64,000 bases of DNA from Dipteris shenzhenensis (Eukaryota): the NCBI GenBank assembly GCA_047967505.1, contig CM106538.1, one strand, 5' to 3'. The notes below the pieces were generated by a model. That model saw only the letters and a program-made list of their open reading frames with translations, was not told the origin of the DNA and did not search any database. A program made the position numbers and the translations under genes. Below are positions 1-12,839 of the stretch, piece after piece (position 1 is the stretch's first letter; the number at the start of each line of letters is the position of its first letter).

Positions 1-206
1 AAGCAATCTCACTTATACATTACAGTCTCTTTTATTTTCTCACTTATACATTACATAAGCAATCTTCCATTCTCTTTTATATATGTGCCCCAATCAAACA
101 AAATTAAAATCATTAAATTAACAAGAATTAGAGATACCAAAAGGTGGGTGAAAAGGGGAGATTAAAGGGAGGTACACATTATAAGGAGGTGAGTGGAGGC
201 ATGTGC

Positions 207-208
<2 letters not shown>

Positions 209-269
<61 letters not shown>

Positions 270-286
270 TGTGTGTGTGTGTGTGT
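209..286. repeat. Compound microsatellite, (CT)n followed by (GT)n
   Basis: Directly visible dinucleotide runs. Confidence 0.95.
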
Positions 287-3246
287 ATGCTAATTCTCAC
301 CAAAAAAAATGTGTGTGCTAGTCCTTCCACCTTTTGATTTCCCCCTTCTTCTCCATTCATGCTACCTACCTCTTTGCCTCCTTTAGCTGCTCATATCCTC
401 CTTAGCATCCTCAAACCCCTAATCACCTCCTCTCCCTCCTTTGATCCAATTGTTGCCTTTCATCAACCCTTGCTGCCTCTTCATTTTCCCTTTGTGATTC
501 CCCTCTTGGCTTGAAAATTTATGTAATGGGTCCATGGTTCTAGAATAATCTTATTGTGTGTGGATTTTGTTTTAGAAATTAGGGGAAAATGAAGTTTGAA
601 TGCTTGTGTTACGTGTTCTAGATCAAAAGCTAGGGCGGCGGTCCTCCTAGGGCCCATGCATCTTTTGTAGCATGTGTGCCTAAGCAACTATATAGACTTA
701 TATGTTTCTCAACATATTTAGAAAAACTAGATCATTTTAATCGCATTTTAATATTTGAGTTCATAGTTATGATCTACACAATAATGCATTTGCTTCAAAG
801 GCATGAACATATTTATTTCTTTATCTATTTCAGACTACTTGGATAGGATTGCAGTTGTTTAATGCCATTTTTGCTAAAATGTTTAATTCTAGTGGGATCA
901 TAGCACAAACAAATGGCATAACTCACACAAACCCCAATCTTGCTAGTTGTATAAGAGAACAAGTAGAAATCATGGTACATTTGCCAAGTAAGAGTACTTG
1001 TTTCAATCTCACAGTAGTTGCACTTTGCACATTAGAATAATGCAGCACCTTATAACTCTTTCACATATCATACCTTCTTGTCTTTATATGTTTTACCAAA
1101 ATCGAATGGTAAAGTGGCATGCTTTTGTGCAAGGGAAAAATTTAACAATAGCATGACATTTTTTTTAAACTCATTCTTTCCATGAGCAAGTTGAGATTGT
1201 CACAAGTCCCATACACATTATGTGCACTTGAAAATTAAGACATTGTTATTCTCTAGGGATTCCGTTCATGTTTTCATGTTTGTGTTAATGCATCATTCAC
1301 GATCATCATTTTCGGCCCAAAATTGCATGAAAATAATATTATCATGTTGATAGCCTGGAAAAATCACTAGTAAATCACATAAAAATACCGGTAGCAACAT
1401 CTTTAATATTGGTAATGATACCCTTTGTACTTGCAATACAAGCCATGTACTGTTGGGCTTTTTAATATTAATCTTAGTATTATTCTTTATATTGCCAATA
1501 TTATGATTTATATCGAAAGCACTATGGAATTTATTCGCCAATATTTGTGATCAGCTTTCCCACCTATTTTTTAATTATAAAAAGGTTGTTAGAGCCTCAA
1601 GTGCTCTTCATTCGGCAAGATTGTAGTCCATAGCTTTGCACCTAGCGTGGTCGGGTAAGGTGGAGCACAAATGAGTAGTGAGAGAAAGAGGGAGATGAAG
1701 AGGCTAGTCATTGTGACTGCAGAAGTTTCCAGCATATTGGGGTAAGAGTCAACCACAACAACAAACCAATGAATGAGAAGGAGATTATGTGAGGTAATGA
1801 GACTTGCCAGAGGATTTTTTACCCAATGTTTTGGATTGGGGAGATGGCATTCTTGCCTTCATATTCATGTAAGCTACCAATTGTATTTGGAGAGATTGTA
1901 TTGATGTGTGTTTATGTATTTGGACTTTTGTTTGAAAACTAGATTTTCATTTAGTGCAACTTGTATTATGTGTTATTTATTGTTGTTTACAATAGCAATG
2001 GCCCCCACCAAAGTTGAGGGTTGCATGCTTACTCGATGCATGATGATGCAACCTGACCATGTAACAAGATGTGATGAATGATGATGCATGATTATAAGAG
2101 AGTAGACTCAAGAGGCTAAAAAATGAGACATGTATGTACAAAGAATTTTCCTTCTACTATAATTTACTGCTCCACAAACCTTAGAGCAAGATTCATCTCT
2201 TTAATAGGCCGCATAGCAAACTTCCCTTCACAACAAAACACCTAGAGTTATTGCATTGCATCTTTAGGTGTAAGCCTCTCAAATGGGTTTTTTGCCATCA
2301 TCTTAGATGAATGTGTGTTATAATTTTACTCAGAAGTACATGATTAGTATGTGAACACCCAAAGTGAAAGCTCCGAGCATCAAAGTGAAAGCTCCAAGCT
2401 TGGGGGTGCCACTCAATAATAGATGTGTGCTCATGATGAAAAATATGTCATTGCCAATCTCCTAAACTATCATCCTATATTTTACTGAAAGCCTTTCTAT
2501 GCTCCTCTGGAATATATCTTGTGTCATCCCTCAATCAATGATTCCAGCACCATTTAGAGTAAAATTGACTAAGATGTTACCTCGACATTACTAGGGTGCA
2601 ATGTGTGGAACCATTGGGCTTGATGCAATCAAGCTAGTCCAACCAAATCAAGCTAGTCCAACCAAGAGAGCATGCTTTAGATGTTTCAAATTGGAGCTTA
2701 AAAATTTACTTCTCTGAAGCATATCTCCTAAGCCTTTGATTTCATCCTCTAGTGTTCCTTCTGTATTCTTTGTTCCTCCAACTATACAACAACATAATAC
2801 CTAAAGGACCATTCATTCAATAGCAACTAGAGGAAAAATTGCGATAGATTACCACCATTGAAGTATGGTGTGATACTCTAGAGGGGCTCTTCTATGGTAG
2901 CTATCATCACTCTCATAGGGACAGGGTCTACTATTTGCATGGCCACCTTTCTTCATGCTTCCTGTCTAGGGGGGCAAGCTTGCAGTAGGCTAGAGGACAA
3001 ATGAAATTCATCCAAAAGGTCCCACAATGGAGGGAGCAATGCTTGGACATCGTGTTTCATCTGCGCTACATTAGTACATGTTTTCTTAAACTGTACGGGG
3101 ACATCACCATTTGGGATTCAAGACAAATGCATCAAGCTCCCAATCCACCTAATTGACACACTCAAGGGTTTGGGAATCTTGTTATAGCATTCTCTTTGTG
3201 TGCTGTATAACCTTGTGCAACCTATCCATGCTCTCTATTATGGCCT

Positions 3247-3249
<3 letters not shown>

Positions 3250-3315
<66 letters not shown>

Positions 3316-3323
3316 CCCCCCCC
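3250..3323. repeat. (CT)n microsatellite plus poly-C
   Basis: Directly visible. Confidence 0.95.
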
Positions 3324-3329
3324 TGGAAG

Positions 3330-3510
3330 CTATTTATTACTCTTGAAGCATCTCGCTAACTTGCTTGTTTTGCTCTAGTAGGCTATTTATTTGCTCTATT
3401 AAATGCTCTTGAAGTGCCTCATTAACTTGCTTATTTTGCTCTAGTAACTTGCTATTTATTTGCTCCAGTAATAACTGCTCTTGAAGCACCACGTTAACTT
3501 GCTTGTTTTT
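3330..3510. repeat. Degenerate ~70-bp tandem repeat (about 2.5 units)
   Basis: Recurrent 'ctcttgaag...taacttgcttgtttt' and 'gctatttatttgctc'; the minus strand reads repeated QNKQV..LQE..EQINS. Confidence 0.8.
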
Positions 3511-6500
3511 CTTTGCATTTAAGTCATGCCTGTGCTTAGAGCTACTGGAACCTAGAAGAATTGTGTGAAAGTTTGCAAATTGGATAACAATATCTACATA
3601 TGTAAAATCCATGGTAGTGCAACATGTACTATGATATAGAATGCATGCAAAAAAACAAACCAACAAAAAGTGTGATATAATGCATGATATAGAATGCATA
3701 CAAAAAAGAAAACCTAACAAAAACCACCTCCTCCTTTCACAAACTCTAGGGACCTCACCCGAGGAGTGGTCCCATCTAGCTCTTGTACCTTGTGAGCATA
3801 AGGGTCGGGGATTATTCTGTAACTTGCAAGCCAAGGCCCTAGCGTGGGGCTAATGATAAGAGATAAGAAATTACCTCTTGAATCAAAGGCAGTTACTATT
3901 AAAACATAGCATGCTTATATAATAGAGATTGTGGTATTTGGACCATTGGTAATAGACATAATGCTACCAGTAAGAAACCCCTTACTGATGATAAAACAAC
4001 TACTATCAATGGTAAAGCAATATGTACCACTAGTAATATTGATGTTGCCATGATGCAAATTCTTACCAATTTAGTCGTTTTGGTAGTAATTTATTTTACC
4101 GGCTAGAGTGCTCTGTTTTCTAACAAGTTTTGGCAACTTGCCAGTGGTATTTTTAGCATTACTAGCAATAAATGTCATTTTATTGGGTGGTTTTTGTTTT
4201 CTCATATCGAGAAGTTTTTGTCACCATTGCATGCATGATTTTTTTAAAACAATGTTCACGAATGTAAATCACATAGAAAGTGCACGTGATAATTATGGTG
4301 TGATTATGTGAATATGTAACCCTTGCTTCCAAAAACTAAGGCTTTATGTTACGTACAAGTCCAATATTTCCAAAATCATGATTATAGGGCTCCAAATGGC
4401 ATAGACCCTAGTGGTTGCATGAAACATGATTACAACAAGCATCCTAAGAAGTTTGGTCTTACTTAGATGTATGGGACCCTCTTTCACCATGTTCACTATT
4501 TTTTTGATGCCTAGTCCCAATTGCCTTTTAGGAAACACATGAAGCAATAGTAAAGGAAATGGGTAAAACATTGTAGTTTGGCATATAACAACTATAGTAG
4601 CAACATGCAACATGCCATATAATTTGATAAATATTGCTTTTTATAAGGGTTTTCTCTTAAATTAAACAAGCATCCCAAACTGATGCAATAAAGTGTAACA
4701 TTAAGATAATTTTTTTAAAATAAAAATAGAATTGCTAAGAGGTCTACTAGACCATCATTATAGGAATCACTATATGATGCTTATAGCAATTGAGAGCACT
4801 TGAATTAGAAAGAAGTGTCAATAATGCTAATCTGAGCTCAATCTCCTATGACTATCATTTCAAATTCTATCCCAACATTCACCACTTCGAACTTGTAGTC
4901 TCTTTTTCATCATCTTCTCTCCTGTATCCTTTAAGGTCATACATATGCACTATCTAGCATCTCTTAGCTTCTCCTATCACCACTCAGCTTACATGTAGAT
5001 CTTAACCTATTGCAAAGTCCCACTCTTATTCACTTATTTCTTTCTTTGCCTTGCACTGATATAGAACTGCTTGTATCCAATAACATGACATGCCTTTCGG
5101 AAGAAGAGAAAGGTCCTATGGATATGGTCGTGTCCTATATTGGAGTCTAAATTTGCAATTGGCAACCATTCTCTTTATCTTCGCCTCTTCATATCTTTGA
5201 ATCAACTTTTGCATGTCATTGCTATTGAGGATACAAAATTTATTGGTGTTATCCCCTAAAAAATTCACCTAGATATTTCTTATAATACCCTATCCCTAAG
5301 CAACCTCAACTTCCACATGAGAGTATCATCCTTGTTATGTTAAAGGAGTGGCATGCATACAAGAATCATTGGATGCAAGGAACTTTGTGATGTATACTAA
5401 TAAGTCCTACACCAACCAAACTTTTTCCATACTTCTCACATATCTTGATTTCGTCTCACAAATCCTTTATAGGTTTTCATAAACCTTTCAAGGAAAAACA
5501 TCCAATGACTATCACAACAATAGCTACCTTGACCACTATGTGTACAAGCAAGTATGCTAGAGTTTTGCCAATTTTCTCATACAAAATTTCTTCTAAATAA
5601 AATTCGACAACTTTCTCATATAAAATTTCTGTGTAATAAGACAAGGCCTCATAGTGTTTTTTAACATTAAAATAATTAGAAACTCTTTTATATTCATTGT
5701 GAGATGATATGGCAAAGTAGGCACTTCAATCTCCCAATCCATTGGATATTTAGCAAAGTTTTTATCCATGTCACAATAATGTGATTTTTCTTTTAGAATT
5801 GTAAGCAAGTATTTTATCTACCATAATCATGCATGATCAATGCCCTAGATGAGCTTGTCCAATTAAGGATCACCAAATGTTGACAACTCTTTTACCAATC
5901 AAAAGCATCTTTCAGATAAGACATGTAGATGCTCGATCGTGTCTCTAAAAATTGCATCCATCATGTCATTTATACCCTCCTCTTGGACATCAAAAAAGCT
6001 ATCCTCATGTGCACGTCTCCTAGGTTATTCTTGCTCAACAAGACATGTCTCCATCTCTCTAACACCTTTGGAAGCTTGCCAAAATCTATGTGATTGCATG
6101 GCTAAGTTGAGGCTAAGTCATGTGCAAGTACAAAATGGTCTACAACTCCCTTGTCATCGTCATCCTACATAGTGAAGCTCACACAAATATTAGCAATTGA
6201 AAAATGCAAACATACGCAATTTAAATTTTAAAATCATCGGGCCTATGACACAGCAATGAATCATCATCTAGCCTTTCAAAAATCATCCCTCAAAGAATCT
6301 CCACAATCTTATATATGTTGTGTGACAAATCGATGCAAACAGTCAATCTATAAGTGATTGCATTGTGTTCATGAAGAAGAAATCCTCTCATGAAGCCACT
6401 TTGAGCTTCCATGCATTAGTTTTTCAACTAAATAGGGTCAACTTGACATAGGCATCTGCAGGGCATCTGTACACAATGCAAATCCATGGCAAAGTCTAAA

Positions 6501-9017
6501 AATTTTCAAATATGTGAAAGTATCACCATAAGCGTCAGTGTTTGCATCAACATTCTAGATTTTTTCAATCCTAATATCGGTGAAATCAAAAGATTTTTTC
6601 AATGCTAATGTCACTGGAAATCACAATGATTCCTAGGGTAAAAAGATGAAATCAAAAGCATATGAATCACTTTTGCCTACCGCTTTCTACCATAGCAATT
6701 TCTCTTTCTCTCCCTAGGCCTCAAACATCCTCCCTCCCCTTACACCTCGTTACACCTACCTCTCCCGAGCCTCTTTCACTTTCTCTTAATGCTAGAAAGA
6801 CATAGCCTCTCCTTCTTGAAGTTTAAAATTTTTCTATAGTTATGAAAGAATGGAGCTTGTAGCAAGGGTTTCTTCTTCTCCCTCTTGTTTTCTTCTTCTA
6901 GATCGGTTCTAAATTATTCCTTATTTTTTTCCAAGTGTATTGTTTTGGACTCATACTTGAGTTCTTTTCTCAATCTTGAGATGTAGCATTTGCCAAAAGA
7001 AAAGAAGGAATTTTGGAGTAGATTATTTCTGATTTTTCTCAATCTTGAGGCTTTCCAAACTATTTCCTAGGATATAGAAGGGTCAAAGGAAGAAAATAGA
7101 GTAGGAACAAAGCTAGGAAAGAGAGGAAAGAGAAAGAAGTAAGAAGGAATGAAAGAAGAAAGAGGAATGCTACCTTTCATACAATGTAGAAGGAAAGGAG
7201 GGAAGGAAATAGAGTAGCAGGATAGATGGGAAAGAGAAACTAGTAAGAAGGAATGAAAGAAGATGAAGTTTGTGATTATCTCTTTCTTTGTCTTTGCTTT
7301 TCTTGATTTCTTTGTTTGTTGTTAGAGTTCTTTTCTTGCTATGGTCCTTCTTTACTTTGCTTGCTTTCCTTTAGTAATAATGTTTATGCCATGGATGCTT
7401 TGTGTAAGAAGTTCCCTATGGTTGCATGTGGATGCTTGAGCATGTGTGAGGGGTGATGACCCACCATAAATAAAAATTCAAGATCTAGTGAGAGCTAATT
7501 TCCATAGGAACCACTTTGTAACTAAAGATAATTGGAACAAGGTAAAAAATAGTTGGACCCTAAAAGTGGAGGCTACAATGACATGCAACACAAATCTGAC
7601 AAGAGAAGAAATAATCATCTCATGTTGGGAGTGGCAATCAGAATGGCTTTGATGCATACTTTATAAATCAATTTCTAATATTTTTTGCAATTATTTCTTT
7701 TTTTTTAATGTTTTATTTTCTTCTTATGATATCCATCTCACTCTAGTTTATTGCAGCACCATTGACTTGGGGAGATTCCAACCAAGATGAGTATGCACAT
7801 GGATTTATGCATAACATTGATACCGCTTTCACAAGCTTGAATCAGAGGGTGAAGTCAAAGCAAATGAGGTAAGTCTATCCGTCTTATTTCTTAAACTAGT
7901 TTCCTTTTATTGTACTAATGTTACTTTACTTAATAACATTCCTCTCTCATGTTGTGTGTAACATACACTAGTACCTACAGTAGAGCCGACACTAACCACT
8001 AGTGATGAAGAGGGCAGGGAGGATGAACTCTCCTCTTAGAGGATGACTTGGGATGGCCACAGCATTGTGATGACAGGGTGATGACCAACAACAATATCAA
8101 CACTATTTTTTATTAGACAACATCACTTGTGTAGTCAAGCATTGACTTTACTAGTGACATAAATTTTGTTAATACAATGGAGAATCGATGTTTGTATCAA
8201 TGTACTTGTATCAACAAAAATATTGATACATTTATACCCACATTTTCACAATTAGAAAAAGAACCATTTCTTCAAAATTTCTATTGGAATCTATGTCAAA
8301 ATCTAGCCAATATCCTATAGTGATAGAGATTGGAGTATTGCTTTTATATAGTGAGAGTCCTTCACTTTAATGAGATTTGAGTCCATGTCAAAAGTGGCAG
8401 GGCTTACAAGAGAGAGACTTTGCTAAGATAGGGGCCTAAGAGGGCTTTTAGCATGCCCATTGGGTGAAAGCATGTTAAGGTGGTACACTATTATTGTCCT
8501 AAATCTCCACTATTAAGGGATTTCCAATGTTATTACCACTAGTTAAACTACAAAGAGCCTTAAAAGCACATAATTTGTTTTAATTTTTGTTCAATTGTCA
8601 CATAATAGCATGAATAATAGTGGTGTCCCAGACACCACTAATTGTACCACCTTAACATGCATAGACCCCATTAAGGCTTCCCTTCTATTACAAACATTTG
8701 AAAGGAGTGCTTTACTATTGCATATGAAAACTTTTTGATATTCAATTAAGTTAGGAAAATTGTGATTGGTAAGCAGATAAGCTATAGGACCACAAACTTT
8801 ACATGAATCAATATCAGTAATATACATGAAGTGAGCATGAAGTACACATGCTTATTTATAAATACCTTTTATAGGAGATCTAATAGGTCATTTAACTCTC
8901 TTTTTTTCCAAATTGATGCATGATTCCCTTGAAGGGAGTTGCAAGGTTTAATTTAAATAGGTAGACTTGGTTTAAAGCTCATGGTGTGTTTAAGGATGAA
9001 TTGATGCATGTAGAACA

Positions 9018-9307
9018 GATACACAATTGATGTAGGCCCATACCACCAAATTGGACCATCTTACTTCATGGCTCTTACTAATCCTCAATTAATCAACCTA
9101 AGGCCTCTATGAGACATGGGCATTTTAGAGTAGTTAACATTGTACGTGCATAATCTATTAATCATGCTTATACCCTTGTAGGATTAAGGATTTTATAAAA
9201 GGGATACACAATTGATGTAGGCCCATGCTACCAATTGGACCATCTTAGTTAATGGCCCTCGCCCCTGATCAGTCCTCAACCAATCAACCAAAGGCCTCTA
9301 TGAGACA
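9018..9307. repeat. ~100-bp direct repeat, two copies about 185 bp apart
   Basis: 'gatacacaattgatgtaggcccat...aggcctctatgagaca' starts at ~9018 and ~9203. Confidence 0.85.
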
Positions 9308-9310
9308 CAT

Positions 9311-10397
9311 AGTTGGAAACATCACATGACACACGATTTTGCATAGGCACATAATAGATTGCATCAATAATTAATATGAGCAATAAAAGGTAATCTTTTC
9401 AAAGAGTAAAAATCTTGAAATGCAAGATGTCTAAGCAAGAAATGACCAAGTAGATGCTAGAAAAATGAGCATAGCAGACTGAAAATAAATCTTGGTCAAA
9501 CTATCAGTCAAACTTTGACTGTCCAAGGTCAAACTTAGACTTGCATAGTCAAGCTTTCATGACCAAAGACGCAACTCAGAAATCTGCTTCAAATCGTTAT
9601 GCAAAGGTTGGAATTCAGAGGGCTTTTATACTGGAGAGGAAGATAAATAGGTAGAGCTTCTCCCTCAGAAAGGAATCGCGTAGAAAACGGCCACGTCGCC
9701 CACCATTATAGAGGAAATATGGATTGGTTTTTCGACGAGAACTACCCGAATGCTGCTCCAAAAGAGCTCAGACTTGATGAGCAGGGAGGTCGTGATGTCG
9801 CCCAGCTGCCTCTGAAAGGAAATAGACAATGTAGCTCTCCACAGTGAGAACCAGGAAAAAGATCGTCGCGGCTTCCTGAGACAATGCCGCCCAGAAGATG
9901 GCGAGATAACTCGTGTAGCTCGTTTTGCAGATTCGCCCTGCCCTTGGGAAGACTCTCCTGAAGGATGAGATGCTGAGAATGCAGGTTTGAAGAGAACTTT
10001 CACTTCCAAAATCGACTTTGGAAGGGAAGGTGGAAGATGAAGGTGAAGAAGAAGATGATGATGTGGCACCTAACTAGGGCTCAAGGAGGATCAAATGGCT
10101 CTGATACCATGTTGGAATACTGAAAGGAAAGAGTAGAGTGGACACAAAATCAGAATACTTGCATATGGAATGAAGAAAAGTGAGGTCCTTAAGTAGGCAC
10201 CTCATACAAGGTCACTGACATCACTGATGACCTCAGAGCTCCACAATCATCTCCTCAATCTGCTCCTAGATTCACTCAATCATCCTATGTGGCTCTCCAC
10301 CACCTAACTGTGCTTGTGGGCACCTAACTGTGCCTCTAGCACTCACACATAGAAACATAAGGTGTGCCTGAGGCATACACCTTGAGATATCCCAACA
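9311..10397 (-). mobile_element. Truncated LTR retrotransposon 5' end: LTR 10110-10397, PBS (tRNA-iMet) 10098-10109, leader
   Basis: Termini TGTTGGAAT...ATCCCAACA; TGGTATCAGAGC on the minus strand directly adjacent; no coding domains or partner LTR recognised; left boundary approximate. Confidence 0.8.
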
Positions 10398-10713
10398 AAG
10401 AAATTTCATGAAGACCCTCTCTTGCTAGTCAGTTATATAATTCCTTCAAGTGATAAACAATATGAAGTAGCAGCTAAACCAAGTACCTTCATTTTGTTAA
10501 GAGCTAAATATAAATTGTGGAAGCTTGGATGGGAAGCTTTAAAGTGCTACAATAGTAGAAACATTCATTGAGTGCTACAAGTAGATACAAGTCAAGTCAA
10601 GAACTAATAGAAATAGTCAATGTCTATACCAAAGATAATGCAAGCCAAAATATATTATCTTTTAGGAATAAAGGCACTTAAACAAATATATGGTCTAGTT
10701 GTCTTCAAGCGTA

Positions 10714-10848
10714 GTGCCCAAGTCTTTGACTTGGTAGAATGATGCAACTTTGGTATATTAGTTGCATAAAAGGCAACTCATTTTAATGCCCAAGTCTTTG
10801 ACTTGGTACGATGATGCAACTTTGCTATATTAGTTGCATAAAAGGCAA
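10714..10848. repeat. ~72-bp tandem duplication
   Basis: 'tgcccaagtctttgacttggta..atgatgcaacttt...agttgcataaaaggcaa' occurs twice. Confidence 0.9.
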
Positions 10849-10904
10849 TGACGTGTATATGGTTCAGAGCAAACTTATAAGTTATTTTGGAAATTTTAAG
10901 AGGG

Positions 10905-11225
10905 GTGTGCAAGCGTGCACACGTGTGTGTACGTGTGTGTGTGTGTGTGTGTGTGCATGCACATGTGTGTGTCTATGCATGCACATGCATGATTGCTCGA
11001 TGCATGTGTGCTCAAGTGTGTGTCTGCACGGATGTAAGTTTGTGCATACATGTGTGCACACCCATGCATGTGCATGTGTGTGTCTACATGCATGCAAGTG
11101 CATGTGTGTGTACATTCACATATGCAAGTGGGTCTATGTGTGGGCATGTGTACGTGCACACATTTTTGCATGCATGCATGCGTGTCTATGTATGTGTGCG
11201 CATGTGCATGTGCCTACACACACAC
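10905..11225. repeat. Degenerate alternating purine-pyrimidine (GT/CA/GCAT) simple repeat
   Basis: Directly visible; accounts for the Cys/Val/His-rich ORFs in several frames. Confidence 0.9.
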
Positions 11226-11599
11226 CAATATAGGGCTAGCAAATCATGTGAATAACGGTCCAAGTTTATTAATGTAAAGTAAAACTAATGTTAAGGGGTC
11301 ATATGTAGCACACATCGGACAAATCATGAATGAGTTGACATGGAAACTTCCTAAAGACTTCATGAAATTCAATCTAGGTAAAGACTTCCTAAAGTTTCAT
11401 GAAATTGAATTGAGGTAAAGAGTTGTGTAGATGCATGTGTATTTGAGAGCATGCATGTGTGCATGTATGTGTGTGTATCATTTTATGTGATGTGAGGGTC
11501 ACATGCATCACCCATCACATAAATCATAAATAACTTTAGCTTTTGGAGTTGATATAGAAGCTTCCCAACATGACATGAGATTCAATCCTAGGTAAAAAC

Positions 11600-12135
11600 T
11601 TGTATCACAGATAATAAGCAAGTTGGGATATATCAAGTATTAGGTCTTTTGTCTTTAGCATTCATAAAATGTTTGAGATAGGATTGAATCTTCTAAGCAT
11701 AGTGACCACGTTTGCTCAATGACCTTGGTGCAAATTCTATAACCTTGTGTCAAGGGTACATGTAGGAGGAAATTTGTATACTATTATTATGTAGAAGAGC
11801 AAAGTATATTAGAGGAATTGGAAAAACATTAACTTTTTATAGAAACTTATTTATACCTCAGACCTCTAAACTTTGAAGAACATCCCAGAATACATACACA
11901 AATGAGAAGGTCATAGGTGCTATTGATCAAGAGCACTGAGAATACTCTCATCCCTATAATGGTTTACTTTATGCTCTTTGTGGCAAAAATCAAAGATGTA
12001 AGATATAAGATATCTTCTTTAACGTCTACGGTGCACCTCAAAAACATGTGTAAATGCTTAAAGGTGTTTGTATCAGGTATTTGATAATGAAGCATCATTA
12101 TGAGCAGGATAGGTTGATATGAAACATTGGAGCTC
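11600..12135 (+). mobile_element. Degenerate PIF/Harbinger transposase remnant
   Basis: VIGAID at ~11910-11927 (Harbinger GAIDGxH motif) and upstream KQVGIY..; otherwise heavily decayed. Confidence 0.4.
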
Positions 12136-12680
12136 ATTTCCTCTCCTCTGTTATTTATCTTCATGTATACAGTACATTTGTCTCTTATGCACCAATGTAT
12201 GCTGAAGAATTACATATGATATGCCATAATCTTTTGTACATGCAAGTGGATCACAATGGTATATAAAAAAGGTTCTTAACGTGTGTTAAAAGAGCTTTAG
12301 AGAATGTTTGTGGAAGCACAATAATAAAAAGAGCTTATTTCCTCTCCTCTGTTATTTATCTTCATGTATACGGTACATCTGTCTCTTATGCAACAATGTA
12401 TGTTGAAGAATTATATATGATATGCCATATCTTTTGTACACGCCAGTGGATCACAATCATATATAAAAAAGGTTCTTAACGTGTGTAAAAAGAGCTTTAG
12501 AGAATGTTTGTGGAAGCACAATAATAGAAACAAGCTATCATGTAGACTAAGTCAAATGCTAAGTTTAAAAAAGTTCTCATGAATAATTCTATAATATGAA
12601 CAAGCTAAAAAAGGTTCTTAACCTGTGTAAAAAGGTTCTTATGAGCTTTAGAGAATGTTTATGGAAGACCAATAATATGA
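12131..12680. repeat. ~200-bp tandem duplication (12131-12330 / 12332-12530) plus a partial third copy
   Basis: Near-identical 'tttcctctcctctgttatttatcttcatgtatac...gagctttagagaatgtttgtggaagcacaataata' twice; a partial copy at ~12606-12680. Confidence 0.9.
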
Positions 12681-12839
12681 ACAAGAGACTAAGTCAAAAA
12701 AAAAAGGCTAGTCTAATTTTGAGTTTTGAAATGAGGAAAGCTTTTGGGCAACAACCGTATCATATTGCATGGCTTGGCTGAATCTTGCAATTTTCATTTT
12801 GTAAAGCTTTATGTGTTTTGAATACTTATGAAGGAGTAT

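Larger units (their letters stand above)
2150..5810 (-). mobile_element. Highly degenerate hAT-type transposase remnant(s), interrupted by a (CT)n-bearing segment
   Basis: Fragmentary minus-strand motifs in hAT order: BED-finger-like GRLKCLLCH (~5710-5740), a DG..SRPL-like stretch (~4735-4760), LQWW*SIAIFPLVA (~2820-2865) and RLTPK..A followed by VF (~2230-2280, hATC dimerization-like). Many stops and frameshifts; boundaries approximate. Confidence 0.5.

Noticed and set aside
849-1240. Possible plus-strand BED-finger or transposase scrap (GKVACFC..)
   Set aside because: Too degenerate to call
8282-8529. Possible degraded solo LTR (TATTGGAAT...TTTCCAAT)
   Set aside because: Termini are degenerate; no TSD, PBS, PPT or second copy supports it
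9665-10069. 134-aa minus-strand ORF after the PBS
   Set aside because: No Gag motifs; most likely LTR-element leader sequence
10811-11277. Cys/His-rich ORFs resembling metal-binding proteins
   Set aside because: Translations of an alternating purine-pyrimidine simple repeat that is open in most frames
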